Numbered from the stretch's first letter, positions 11,986 to 24,353 are shown. The stretch: 64,000 nucleotides of DNA from Raja brachyura (GCA_963514005.1 OY740804.1:2356001-2420000), one strand, 5' to 3'. Made by a program: numbers and translations. The notes: generated by a model not told the origin, from the sequence alone.

Positions 11986-12525
11986 TCAGTGGGAGATTGT
12001 CAGCTGGGTCAATAATTCACATACCGGATCATCAGTACTCTTGGACCAAACACAGGAATACATCCCTTTATCTTTCTCTTTTACGCCTGTCAGGAGCAAC
12101 GCGGCGTCCAGTTTCGAATGGACGCTTTCATGCACGAACTTCCAGCGGACATCAGGTCCCTCATAAGCCGCAAGCGTTTTACTATTGTAACTGGCAATTT
12201 CAACACCATCTTTTCTCCATTTAACAAACAAGGCACCATCGTAATATTTGGATGCTCTACAGGGCAGCGTAATAGAACCACCCGGAGATGCAACAAGCTC
12301 CTTCATTTTAAGCGTTGTTAGGATATGACTGAATGCAGCAGAATCTGGCTCGTTCATGCATCTTGGAAGCTTTTTAACGTTGACTTGCCGAGGAGCCCGT
12401 GCGTTCCACCCGGGCAAGTTTGCTTCCTCTCCCCATTCTCTGGAGATCGGACCTGTTCCAGTTCCGGAGACTTGCCACACCATCTCCACAAGGACCATGA
12501 ATCCTATCCGTCTCTGCAGTCCCAT
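11986..12525 (-). CDS. Predicted secreted single Ig V-set domain protein, copy A (179 aa)
   Basis: Signal-like N-terminus. ITLPC (C89), VKWRKDG (W103), DAALLL-x-GV-x-E-x-D-x-G-x-YSC (C158). Stop directly after the G strand, no TM segment. Splice acceptor ttgtttcacccacag 4 nt before the ATG. Confidence 0.85.
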   Translation of the reverse strand: MGLQRRIGFMVLVEMVWQVSGTGTGPISREWGEEANLPGWNARAPRQVNVKKLPRCMNEPDSAAFSHILTTLKMKELVASPGGSITLPCRASKYYDGALFVKWRKDGVEIASYNSKTLAAYEGPDVRWKFVHESVHSKLDAALLLTGVKEKDKGMYSCVWSKSTDDPVCELLTQLTISH

Positions 12526-13102
12526 GTTCCTGTGGGTGAAACAACCTTATTGCAACTCAGTAGGGTTCATGATGACATTCTCTGAACCCGCCCAGAGTTG
12601 GGGAACCGAGAACCAGAGGACATTTGTTTAAGGTGAGGGGGGGAAAGATTTAATGGGAAACTGAGGGGTGACTTTTTTACACAAAGGGTGGAGGGTGTTT
12701 GGAACGAGCTGCCGGAAGAGGTAGTTGAGGCAGGTACTATCACAATGATTAAGAAACAGTTAGACAGGTACATTGATAGGGCAGGATTAGAGGGGTAAGG
12801 GCCAAACGCAGGCAGGTGGGTCTAGTTTTGATGGGACAAGTTGGTGGGCGCGGGCAAGTTGGTGGGCGCGGGCAAGTTGGTGGGCGCGGGCAAGTTGGGC
12901 CGAAGGTCTCGCTGTATGACTCTATGACTCCATCACTTGTCCCACCCCGGTCATTCCTCCTTCTCCCTGGTCCTGTCTAGCAGAAGGTACAGAAGCTTGA
13001 AAGCGTGCACCACCAGACTCAGGAACAGCTCCTTCCCCTCTGCTATCAGGCTTCTGAACTGGGGGAACAGTGAACAGAGACAATCCCACCCCCATCACTC
13101 AC

Positions 13103-13220
13103 AGACACTTGAAGGATCCACTTGGGTGGTTACCAGCTCCGGAGTCTCCACACAGGGTGACGAGGCCGGTCTTATCTCCTGCCGTCGCTCGCTCCTTTTA
13201 TACCTACTCCAGCTGCCAAT
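13103..13220 (-). promoter_or_regulatory. Putative promoter and non-coding exon 1 of V-domain gene A
   Basis: TATAAAA at 13202-13196, CCAAT at 13216-13220, donor ct|GTGAGT at 13102. The same elements are conserved upstream of copy C. Confidence 0.65.
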
Positions 13221-13589
13221 GGCCAACCAGGCGCCCCACACATCCTGCTTGTGTCTCCACCACGTCTGTCCCAGCCACGCCACGTCACCACCACAGCCCT
13301 GGCACCTGCGCTGGTTTCACAGTTTATACTCAGCAGTGCGGGGAGCCAGTGTCACCTCTCCCCGATCAACCCCCCTCAACCTGTAACCTACCCCCTGCCC
13401 ACTGCTGTTCCACAAGTCGCCGGTCAGGAGAGAGTTGAAGTGGGGAGTGGTGACCACAGACAGAGAATATCGGTCGGCCCAGGACTGGGTTTGTCATGGC
13501 CCCAGTAAACCCCAGGGAGGAACGACAGTCGGGTAATTTCAGAAATCAACTTTATTCAGAATAAAAAATAGACACAACACAAACCGTGT

Positions 13590-13805
13590 GAAAATAGACA
13601 ATAGGTGCAGGAGCAGGCCATTTGGCCCTTCGAACCAGCTCCACCATTCAATGTTATCATGGCTGATCATCCCCAATCAGTACCCCGTTCCTGCCTTCTC
13701 CCCATATCCCCTGACTCTGCTATCTTTAAGAGCCCTATCTAGCTCTCTCTTGAAAGCATCCAGAGAACCGGCCTCCACCGCCCTCTGAGGCAGAGAATTC
13801 CACAG
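13590..13805 (-). mobile_element. CR1 3' end fragment
   Basis: Near-identical to the CR1 3' UTR at 1190-1395. Confidence 0.8.
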
Positions 13806-14856
13806 AATTCCACAGTGTGAAAGGACTCTTCATCCAATCTCAGTGTGTGAACATTGAATAATGTCATACTCAGTGGTGTTTGCACCTGTCTTTAAAGCAA
13901 CACTCTCGCCCCTCGTGTGGTTCCCTGGGGTGATTTGCCTTCCATTGTTTGAGGGGTGTCCCCAGCGGACTCTGCCCCCCGATGTCCAGCAGCGGAAGGA
14001 TGGAAATGTCAACGACGAGAGAGAACAGCTTTACGGTGAGAGGGGCAAAGTTTAAAGGAGATGTGCAGGGCAACTATTTTACACAGAGGGTGGGTGCCTG
14101 GAACATGCTGCCAGGGGTGGTGGTGGAGGCAGATACAATAATGGTGTTTAACAGACTTTCGGATGGGCACATACCCATCCAAGTGTCTATTAAATGTTGT
14201 ACTAGTACCCCCCTCAACCACCTCCTCTGGAAGCTCGTTCCATACACCCACCACCCTGTGAGTGTAAAAGTTGCCCCTCCGGTTCCTATTGGGGTCAAGG
14301 AAAGAGCGTTAACGTCGCGGCCCTGATTCCACCAATCTTTCCACCACCACGCACAAGAAGCGACAAGACAGACACCATTGTGTGCAGATGCTGAGAAGTG
14401 CGTTCAGCTCTGGCTGAACAACTTCTAATCTTGTGTGTGGACTCGATAAGAAGAAGGTTCCTATTAAACCTTGCCCCTCTCACCTTAAATCTATGTCCCC
14501 TGGTTCTTGATTCCCCGACCCTGGGTAATAGACTATCTGGGATTCACTATCTCTATTCCCCTCATCGTGATTTCAGTCACTATGGAATAAAATGCTGCTC
14601 CTAAATTTGGAGTTGACCCAAGAGTGTCAAAGTTAAGGGTGCACAAAATGCTGGAGAAGCTCAGCGGGTGCAGCAGCATCTATGGAGCGAAGGAGATAGG
14701 CGACGATTCGGGCCGAAACCCTTTTTCAGACTCGCCCAGTGTCAAAGTTAAAGTGACTAATGATGTGCCTCAGGGTTCGGTGCTGGTCCAGTGACAGTTT
14801 ATAAACACAAAAGGCTGCAGTAACTCAGCGGGTCAGGCAGCATCTCTGGAGAAATG

Positions 14857-15152
14857 TGGCGCAGCGGTAGAGTTGCTGCCTTACAGCGCTTGCAGCGCCA
14901 GAGACCCAGGTTTGATCCCGACTACGGATGCTTGTCTGTACGGAGTATGTACGTTTTCCCTGTGGCATGCGTAGCTTTCCTCCAAAACTCCAAAGACGTG
15001 CAGGTTTGTATGTTATTTGGCTTGGTATGTGTGTAAATTGTCCCAAGGAGTAGGATAGTGTTAATGTGGGGGGATCGCTGGTCAGTGCGGACTCGGTGTG
15101 CCGAAGGGTCAATTTCCGCGCTGTATCTCAAAACAAAAAATAAAATAAAACT
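14857..15152 (+). mobile_element. V-SINE (HE1-like); the inner breakpoint of the inverted duplication falls in its head
   Basis: SINE head, V-domain core and tail. The reverse complement of its head reappears at 17181-17242. Confidence 0.8.
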
Positions 15153-15224
15153 AATGGGAATAGGTGACGTTTCGGGTCGAGGCCCTTCTTCACACTGAGA
15201 GTCAGGGAAAGGGAAATGTGCGTT

Positions 15225-15660
15225 ACTGTTTGTCATCTATATCAATGATTTGGACGAGAACATTCATGGCAAGATTAGCAAGTTTGCAGATGACACAAAA
15301 GTTGGCGGTTTTGCAGATAGTGGAGATGGTTGTGAAAAATTGCAGCAGGATCTTGAAATATTGGCCAGGTGGGCTGAGGAACGGTTGATGGAATTTAATA
15401 CAGAGTAATGTGAGGTGTTGTATTTTGGGGAGTCTAACATGTGCAGGACCTACGCAGTGAATGGCCCGGCACTGGGGAATGTTGTAGAGCAGAGGGATCT
15501 ATGAGTGAAGGTGCATGGCTCCTTGAAGATGCAGTCGCAGGTAGATAGGGTGGTCAAAAAAGCTTTTAGCACATTGGCCTTCATCAGTCAGAGTATTGAG
15601 TATGGAGGTTGGGAGGTCATCTTGCAGCTGTACAAGACGTTGGTGAGGCCACATTTAGAT
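15225..15660 (+). mobile_element. CR1 RT fragment (different subfamily)
   Basis: Translates as LFVIYINDLDENIHGKISKFADDTK... Confidence 0.8.
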
Positions 15661-15894
15661 CCCGACGTTTAAGAAACAATGAGTCAGGTACATGGATAGG
15701 ACAGGTTTGGAGGGATATGGTCCAAACACAGGCAGGTGAGACTATTGTAGCTGGGACATGTTGACCAGTGTGGGTAAGGGCCTGTTTCCACGCTGTATCA
15801 CACTATGACTCTATTACACTATGACATTAAATAAATAATGATTACAAAATGAAACTCCACATAAATCCCATCTTCTCCTTTTTAGATATAGATT

Positions 15895-16592
15895 TAGCTT
15901 TTAGATTTATAGACCACTGGAATCTCTTCTGGGGCAGGGGTGACCTGTACAAAAGGGACAGGTTACACCTTAACTGGAGGGGGACCGACATTCTGGCAGG
16001 CAGGTTTGCTAGGGCTACATGTGGGGGTTTAAACTAAATAGTGGGGGGAGAGGGATTAACAAATTGGGAGTATAAAGATGGAGTTGAAGGGGAAGTGAGT
16101 ACAGGAAAAATTACAAAAGATTCACGAATTAATGGGAAGGAAAGTTCGTGAAGGGATAAAAGTGTAAGGTCAGAGCCAATTGCGAGCGGTGCGAGGGGGG
16201 ACGTGAATATGGAGCTCAAAGTGTTGTATATGAATGCGCGAAGTATAAGGAATAAAGTGGACGAGCTTGAGGCTCAGTAAGAAATTGGCAAGTATGATGT
16301 TGTGGGAATTACAGAGACATGGCTGCAAGAGGCCAGGGCTGGGAACTGAATACCCATGGGTATAACTCCTATCGAAAAGACAGACAGGTGGGCAGAGGGG
16401 GTGGGGTAGCTCTGTTGGTGAGGAATGAACCAGGGGTGACATTGAAACAGGGGTGACATTGAAACAGGAGATGTGGAATCAGTATGGATAGAACTAAGGA
16501 ATTGTAAGGGCAAAAAGACCATAATGGGACTTATCTACAGGCCCCCAAACAGTAGCCTGGACTTAGGGTGCAAGTTGAATCAGGAGTTAAAA
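15895..16592 (+). mobile_element. CR1 5' portion: end of ORF1 (esterase-like) and start of the ORF2 endonuclease
   Basis: FRFIDHWNLFWGRGDLYKRDRLHLNWRG; LYMNARSIRNKVDEL, GITETWL, YRPPNS. Confidence 0.85.
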
Positions 16593-16595
16593 TAA

Positions 16596-17181
16596 ATTGG
16601 TGATTTAATCTAGATGCAAACAGATCAATGTCCGGTAATCCATACCGACTGACAATAGTTTTGAAAATTTGTGGATTTAACATCCATTCTGTACTGTCTT
16701 TACATTTTTGTGATCTTTTGTCTGCCACAATATTGTCTCTCCCTGGGATATAAATAGCTGAAAGCCAAATATTCTTACAAATACACCAATGCCACATCTG
16801 GTTCACCAGATGATCACATGATAATGATCTTACTCCACCCATGTGATTGATATATGCCACAGCTGTGGTATTGTCTACTTGTAGTTGGGTATGCAAATCC
16901 TTCATAGTAGAACAATAAGCTTTTAATCCATAAAATGCCCCCAATAACTCCAAATAATTTATACCATATGTTTGGAGAAATAAATCCTCTTGGACAGTCC
17001 ATCTGCCCCCACAGCTGGTATTATTATCCGTAGCACCCCATCCAAGAGCACTTGCATCAGTTTGCAAAATCACTGCTGGCTGCTGAACTAATATGTTTTT
17101 AACAGCTTGTGGAACATTCTCAATCCACCAATGTAATTCTGATAAAGCTTCCTTTGGCAATTGCATGGGCCTATCAAAATG
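16596..17181 (-). mobile_element. DIRS RNase H fragment, probably a displaced part of the second DIRS copy
   Basis: ORF 16531-17244 HFDRPMQLPKEAL...TDASALGWG...DLFASRLNHQ is a close paralog of 4495-5607. Confidence 0.9.
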
Positions 17182-20100
17182 ATCGAACCTGGGTCTCTGG
17201 CGCTGCAAGCGCTGTAAGGCAGCAAATCTACCGCTGCGCCACATTTCTCCAGAGATGCTGCCTGACCCGCTGAGTTACTGCAGCCTTTTGTGTTTATAAA
17301 CTGTCACTGGGCCAGCACTTGTGATGGAGTCATAGAGTCATACAGCGAAGTCTTCGGCCCAACTTGCCCGCGCCCACCAACTTGTCCCATCAAAACTAGA
17401 CCCACCTGCCTGCGTTTGGCCCTTACCCCTCTAATCCTGCCCTATCAATGTACCTGTCTAACTGTTTCTTAATCATTGTGATAGTACCTGCCTCAACTAC
17501 CTCTTCCGGCAGCTCGTTCCAAACACCCTCCACCCTTTGTGTAAAAAAGTCACCCCTCAGTTTCCCATTAAATCCTTCCCCCCCTCACCTTAAACAGATG
17601 TCCTCTGGTTCTTGGTTCCCCAACTCTGGGCGGGTTCAGAGAATGTCATCATGAACCCTACTGAGTTGCAATAAGGTTGTTTCACCCACAGGAACATGGG
17701 ACTGCAGAGATGGATAGGATTCATGGTCCTTGTGGAGATGGCGTGGCAAGTCTCCGGAACTGGAACAGGTCCGATCTCCAGAGAATGGGGAGAGGAAGCA
17801 AACTTGCCCGGGTGGAACGCACGGGCTCCTCGGCAAGTCAACGTTAAAAAGCTTCCAAGATGCATGAACGAGCCAGATTCTGCTGCATTCAGTCATATCC
17901 TAACAACGCTTAAAATGAAGGAGCTTGTTGCATCTCCGGGTGGTTCTATTACGCTGCCCTGTAGAGCATCCAAATATTACGATGGTGCCTTGTTTGTTAA
18001 ATGGAGAAAAGATGGTGTTGAAATTGCCAGTTACAATAGTAAAACGCTTGCGGCTTATGAGGGACCTGATGTCCGCTGGAAGTTCGTGCATGAAAGCGTC
18101 CATTCGAAACTGGACGCCGCGTTGCTCCTGACAGGCGTAAAAGAGAAAGATAAAGGGATGTATTCCTGTGTTTGGTCCAAGAGTACTGATGATCCGGTAT
18201 GTGAATTATTGACCCAGCTGACAATCTCCCACTGATTCAGCAGGGCCCGTCCCAGGGTCAGTAGCAAAGTCTAGTTTAGTTTAGTTTAGTTTAGTTCAGA
18301 GGTACAGCAGGGAAACTGACCCTTCGGCCCACAGAGTCAATGGGGACCAATGATCACCCCACATACTAGTTCTATCCCACACACGCTAGATACAATTTAC
18401 ACTGATCAATTAACCTACAAACATGCACGTCTCTGGAATGTGGGACGAAACCGGAGCACCTGGATTCCAAAGAGGAAGAAAGATTCTAAGGGGAGTAAGG
18501 GGCGACCGTGGTGACAAGGGAATTCAGGGACACTATAAAAATAAAAGAGAACACGTATAACATTGCAAAGATGAGCGGAAAGCCAGGGGATTGGGTAACT
18601 TTTAAAGAGCAACAGAAGATAACTAAAACAGCAATGCAGGGAGAAAAGATGAGGTATGAAGGTAAGCTAGCCAAGCATATAAAGGAGGATAGTAAAAGCT
18701 TCTTTAGATATGTGAAGTGGCAAAATTGGACCCTTAGAGGACGAATTTATTATGGGGAACAAGGAAATGGCAGACGAGTTGAACAGGTACTTTGGATCCG
18801 TCTTCACTAAGGAGAACACAAACAATCTCCCTGATGTACTAGTGGCCAGAGGATCTGGGGATAAGGGAGAGCCAGTGGATGTAGTGTACCTGGACTTTCA
18901 GGAAGCATTTGATAAGGTCCCACATAGGAGATTAGTGGGCAAAATAGAGCACATGGTATTGGGGGAAGGGCCTGTCTCCGTGCTGTATGACTCTATGGCA
19001 CTAAGTAGGGAATAGTAAAGGTATAAAGATGAGCAGCATGGAAGGTGTGAGCGTGGATCGCATGCAGTGAGGAGAACTGACCCTGTTTGCTCCGGTAAAT
19101 GTACGTTTAATGGAAATAAACTCTCTTCTGCCTGCCCTGAAGTCAGCCGGTGTGTGTGATTCTTTGTACGCCAGCATTGAGTTGGGTGTGAACTTTGTGC
19201 AACTCTTGCTCACTACGGGCAACATCACCAGATTAAATGTCATACAGTTGCCTTTAATTTAATTTAGTTCTGTTTTGCCTAGAGATACAGCGTGGAAACA
19301 GGCCCTTCGGCCCACCGTGTCCAATCCAAGCAGTGATCACCCGTACACTAGTTCTAACCTACACACTAGGGACAATTTACTGAAGCCAATTAACCTACAA
19401 AATCTGCACGTCTTGGTAATCTGAAAAGAAACCAGAGCACCCGGAGGAAACCCACACGGTCACAGGGAGAACGTACAAACACCGTACAGACAGTACCTGT
19501 AGTCACAATCGAAGGCGGGTCTGTAGCGGTGTAAGGCAGCAACTCTACCGCTGCACCACTGTGCTGCCCATGCATTGCCCTCGTGCATTGTTAGGGCTGC
19601 TGATTAGCATCCAGTTTTGACCCTCGTTGGGAGTGTGTGGAGAAGTTGTGTTAACTCTGCTGACCAGGACGGAGGTCACAAGCTTCCTTCTTACCTCCAT
19701 ATGGAGTCTGGTCTTCCAGCTAAAGCCCCACACCACCCTGGCCACACTCTCTTATCACCACTACCACAGGGGAAGGTACAGGAACCTGAGAGCTGTGACC
19801 TCCAGGTTCAAGAGCAGCTTCTTCCCAGCAAGCACAAGGTTGTTGAACCAACATGCACTTCCCAACTACAATCCTACGCCACCCGCCTCAACCCTACACA
19901 ACCACGATGGACACTGCACCACTGGTGATGCCCCACGTACTTTGTCTTGTATTATCATGGTCTGGTTTACTTGGAATAGCTGAGACCTTATTGTGTACTT
20001 AAGCATAAAATCATGATAGACCAGGGTAGACAGTGGAGGGCTGCCTCTGCAGAAACACCCATAGACCTGATAGAATGATCTAAAATTACTGTGCAGACCC

Positions 20101-20602
20101 ATTGGGTCTGCTCCCGCAAAGCAATATTCCACCACTCACCCGTTCCCCAATGCAACCCATTCCCCAACGCAATATTCCACTCAAGCATAGCCCCCAACTG
20201 TGCAGGTACGGCTCATTTCTCCATATCCCCTCCTCCTCCTCTTCACCCTCCCTCTTCAATACCTAGAGAGGGAGGAGGGGTAGAGAGGGAGGGGTGCTAG
20301 AGAGGGAGGGTGGGGGGGGGGGTAGAGAGGGAGCGAGGCAGAGTGCAAGGGGGGTAGAGAGAGAGAGGTAGGGGGTAGTGGGAGAGGGACGGGAGTAGAG
20401 TGGGGGGGGGGGGGAGGGCGTAAATATGTTCTTCTCAAGCTTACCCCCAGTCTAGTTCAGTCAAAAACCACTGATTCAAGCACTGGAACAACTCATCTTT
20501 ATTTTTGGTTAGCACAACAAATTCCCCTATACAATACCTAAACCAGTGCGGGTTCGATCCTTGTATCTACTTGGCCAAGCCCTTCAGCCTCGTGCAAGCA
20601 GA
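17181..20602 (+). repeat. Right arm of the inverted duplication
   Basis: Reverse complement of 14780-14917 joined via TT (17319-17320) to the reverse complement of 9649-12936. Confidence 0.93.
17696..18235 (+). CDS. Predicted secreted single Ig V-set domain protein, copy B (179 aa; promoter and exon 1 deleted)
   Basis: Identical to copy A except R6W and V16A. The upstream TATA/exon 1 block is absent. Confidence 0.75.
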   Translation: MGLQRWIGFMVLVEMAWQVSGTGTGPISREWGEEANLPGWNARAPRQVNVKKLPRCMNEPDSAAFSHILTTLKMKELVASPGGSITLPCRASKYYDGALFVKWRKDGVEIASYNSKTLAAYEGPDVRWKFVHESVHSKLDAALLLTGVKEKDKGMYSCVWSKSTDDPVCELLTQLTISH

Positions 20603-20950
20603 AACACTCCAAAAGGTCACGCAGTCGCAAACGCTCTTCCAGAAGATCGACAAAGGACCTTGTGGGGGCCTGCCTTTTATAGGTCCCCGAACCTCGATGG
20701 GCCAAACTACATAGGGGTGGTCTCTTTACAATCCAATCAAACTTATTAATTACATCAGTACATTGTAGACAGTTCCTCAGACCAATAACAGAGTCTCCCA
20801 TACATTGTTTCAGGAGAAGCTTCTGGAAGAAGCTAACATCTTAAATACTGCAACATTTACCCTGGAATTCAAACAAACCTGCCAGGGAACACTTTAGCCA
20901 ATCAACAAACAGCAGGGTAACTGTCTGGCAACATTATTTACAATATTTAC
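20427..20950 (-). mobile_element. Putative solo LTR
   Basis: On the minus strand: TG-starting candidates near 20950, TATAAAA (20681-20675), AATAAA (20503-20498), ending ...GAACA at 20427. No clear TSD and the 5' boundary is uncertain. Confidence 0.4.
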
Positions 20951-21204
20951 AATTGCTGTTGCAGTAATCCAATCAATTTCATGCATTTTACACTTCCTTG
21001 GAGGTCTTCTGCAGAAATCTCATTCATTCTGTCAATTGAAGAGATACTCATACATTTCTTATTTGCAACATTGATCTGGGCCCTAGACTTACTGGCTCCA
21101 TTCAGAAGCTTGATTTCTTCTGCAGAGTACATCAGACGACCAAAATGGCCGAACAATACATGTCCTTTACTAAATGTTGTTGCTATTACTGCCCTGTTTC
21201 AGCC

Positions 21205-22328
21205 AGGATTTACAGGTAGAGAGGGAGAAGGAGAGGGAGGTGGGGTAGAGAGGGGGGAGGGAGGGCTGAAACAGGGGAAGAGAGGGAGTGTAGATGTGAC
21301 AACCCTTCCCTACCCCCTCCTCTCCCTCAATCCCCCACTCTCCTTCCTCACCTCCCCAGGATCTTTCCCCTCCCTTTCTCCCCTCCCCAATCCCTCCTTC
21401 ACTCTCTTTCCCTCTCCTTTCCTACCGCGTCAGCTGCTCCATCTCTGCGAGGCCTCAACGCCACCGTGACGACCCACATTGCGATGCCTCACCGCTGGGA
21501 TCTCCAAGCTCGCTATCAAAACATGGGGGGGACATAATTCCTTGGTGGCACACACGCACACGCGTGCATGTGGCACACACGTGAGGCTTCGGCCGTGGGC
21601 CCTGTGGATGGTAACATCGAGAGTTGACCTGGTTGGTGATCGACTCCGAGCTCCAGCAACAGCAGCTTCGTCCGCCCTGAATCGTGGGGCTTGAATCGGC
21701 CCATTCGCGGGGTCTTTCATTGGCCGGCGGGGGCTTCAACATCGGGAGCCTCGATCGCCTCGATGCTGTTTTATTTTAAGCCGCGCCAGGCGATGAAAGG
21801 CCCTGCGAGATGGCCGATTCTGCCCATCGAAAGCATCTGATAAAGTCCGAAACATGTCCCCTACCTCCCAAAGCATAGGGGGATGTGTCCCATGCACCCC
21901 CCAGGATTTCTGCCCATGGCGGTCTCGATGTCTCCTTCACTGCCGCAGTCTCGACGCCTCTTTGATGGCCGCGAATAAGCCCATGCGGGGCGTAGAAGGC
22001 CGGGCCGGATAAAGCGGAACGTTAATTTAAATGTCCCTCTCTGTGACATCACCGGAAGCTGATGGTCGCCCACTCCCCCTTTGTGACGTCACTAGGTTGA
22101 AGGTTTGCCGCTTAACAAGTTGTTTTTCACTATTTTTAAAACGCTATAACTTGTGAACTACATCATGTAATGTGAAGTGGAGCAGTTTATTTTTTCGATG
22201 TGGTTAATGTGATTAATAATCTGTGAAAACTTCTGCGCTAGCACGTGGCATTTTGATGAAGGTAGAAAGACACAGACAACACACACACACACACGTATAC
22301 ACATATACAAGACGAGACTTTTAACTGT
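21205..22328 (+). mobile_element. Non-autonomous interspersed element with C/G-rich low-complexity tract and (CA)n near its end (Helentron/DINE-like?)
   Basis: Organisation resembles 32060-33445 (opposite strand). The family assignment is inference only. Confidence 0.3.
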
Positions 22329-22329
22329 A

Positions 22330-23157
22330 CAAATCAAATCAAATCAAATCAAATCAAATACGTTTATTTGTCATTGCACATCAACTGTACAACAAAATTT
22401 CATGTGCATCCCCTTCAATGGTAAACAATAAAAGACACGGGATAAAAAGATTAAAAAAAAGAACAAAACACAATAACACAAACAACCATTTACTCTCACA
22501 TTTACATTTACTACAAGATCAATGCATAAAATAAGTAATAGATAATAAAAAATGCACATTATATTGCACATTCTAGCAGACAAATTTTTATTTGCGCCCT
22601 GAATTGTGTAGTGTTGCCCGTAGTGTTATCTGTTTAAGTTAAGTTCTCTAATGGCACGTGGGTAGAAACTGTTAGTTAGTCTGCAAGTGCGGGCCTTCAA
22701 AAACCCGTATCGCCTCCCAGAGGGCAGCAGAGTGAAAAGGTGGTTGGCAGGGTGGGATGAGTCCTGTGTGATGTTTGTCACCCGGCGTAAACATCGGGCC
22801 TTGTAAATGTCTTCCAGGGAGGGTAGTTGAGCGTTTGTGATGCTCTGTGCTGTTTTAATAACCCTCTGTAGTGCCTTCCTTCCTTCCAGCCACAGTGCAG
22901 CTAGCAAACCACACCAGGATGCCATAGGAGAGGATGCTTTCCACGGCGCACCGGTAGAAGGACAGCAGCAGCTGCTGTGAGACGTTTGCTCTCCGCAGAG
23001 TCCTCAGGAAATATAGCCGCTGCTGTGACTTCTTTACGAGAGTGATGGTGTTCACTGCCCATGTAAGGTCCTGGGAGATGTATGTGCCCAGAAACTTAAA
23101 GTCAGTGTCTCTCTCCACCATGTCTCCTTTGATGTAAAGAGGAGCAGGTTCTTCTCT
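22330..23157 (-). mobile_element. Rex1/Babar-type non-LTR retrotransposon 3' fragment
   Basis: FKFLGTYISQDLTW...KKSQQRLYFLR...FYRCAVESILSY...LQRVIKTAQ...SHPANHLFTLLPSGRRY; AATAAA and a (TTTGA)n tail at 22330-22358. Confidence 0.8.
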
Positions 23158-24353
23158 CAGACATGAGAGGCATAGATAGGGGAGATAACCAGAACCAATT
23201 TCCCAAAGGGTTTGGAGAGGGTGCAGAAGAGGTTTCCCAGAATTATGCCTGGATTGGAGGCTGTTAGTTTGGCTGTAAAGGAGTGGGGGGGGGGGGAGGG
23301 ATTGAGGAAGAGACGGTGGTAGGGAGGGAGAGGGGGAAATTGGGGGGGGGGGGGGTGAGGAGGGAGAGTGGGGGAGGAGGGGGAATAGAAGGAGGGGGGG
23401 GTGGTTGACCCGACAATTACATCACAATGGGATCTCAGCTGCCAATCAACAGTGTTGAGGTAAGCTCCAGCCAGTGCAATGAGAGATTTCTTACATTGTT
23501 GTGAGGAGAGGTAGGGAGTGGAGGTGAGGGAGGGAGTGACTGAGGGTAGGGAAAAGGAGAGGGAGAGAGAGGTGATGGAGGGAGTGGACATAGGGAGGAG
23601 GAGAGGGGCGAGAAGGAGGAGAGTGAAGAGGAGGGGGAGGGAGTGTATGAGACTCGCCTGCGCAGTTGTGGGCTATGGGTGAGTGGTGGAAAATTACATT
23701 GGGGGAACGGGTACATATCAATGGAATCTCATTTAGATTTCTTGGGAGGAGGTTTTTCATTGTGGAGGGTGAAAAAGGGGAGAGGTTTTATTTACTCCTT
23801 TCTCATTTACAAAATAATTACAATTGTGGGGAGGGGTGGGATTGGGGGGGAGCTCCCCGTTTCATTGATTTTACACCGATTTTTCCACCACCACGCACAA
23901 GCAGCACAAGAAGCGACAAGACAGACACCATTTTATGCAGAAGTGTGTTCAGCTCTGTCTGAACAACTAATCTTGTGTGTGGACTCGATAAGAAGATTTC
24001 ATGTCATTGAGTGATACAGCATGGAAACATGGAAATGCCTATTTTGGCCCAACTTACCCACATTGGCCAACATGTCCCAGATACGCTAGTCCCACCTGTC
24101 CGCGTTTGGTCCATATCCCTCCAAATCTGACCTATCCATGTTCCCGTCTAACTGTCAGGATAGTTTCTGCCTCAATTGCGATGGTTGGCCAGAGCCAGAC
24201 GTGGTGGAGACACAAGCAGGATGTGTGTGGCGCCTGGTTGGCCGCTGGCAGCTGGGATGACGTTGTTCTTGTTAAACGTTAACGGCTGATGCAAGGACAC
24301 GTTTGGCAGAGGGTGGAGAGGTCACAGCTGACTCCGGCTTCGTGGGAGGCAGT

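Larger units (their letters stand above)
9649..14917 (-). repeat. Left arm of a large inverted duplication (partner 17181-20602)
   Basis: 9649 pairs with 20602 and 14917 pairs with 17181. Many ORF-track peptides are mirrored (e.g. 10978-11220 vs 19001-19243). 12937-14779 has no counterpart in the right arm. Confidence 0.93.
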
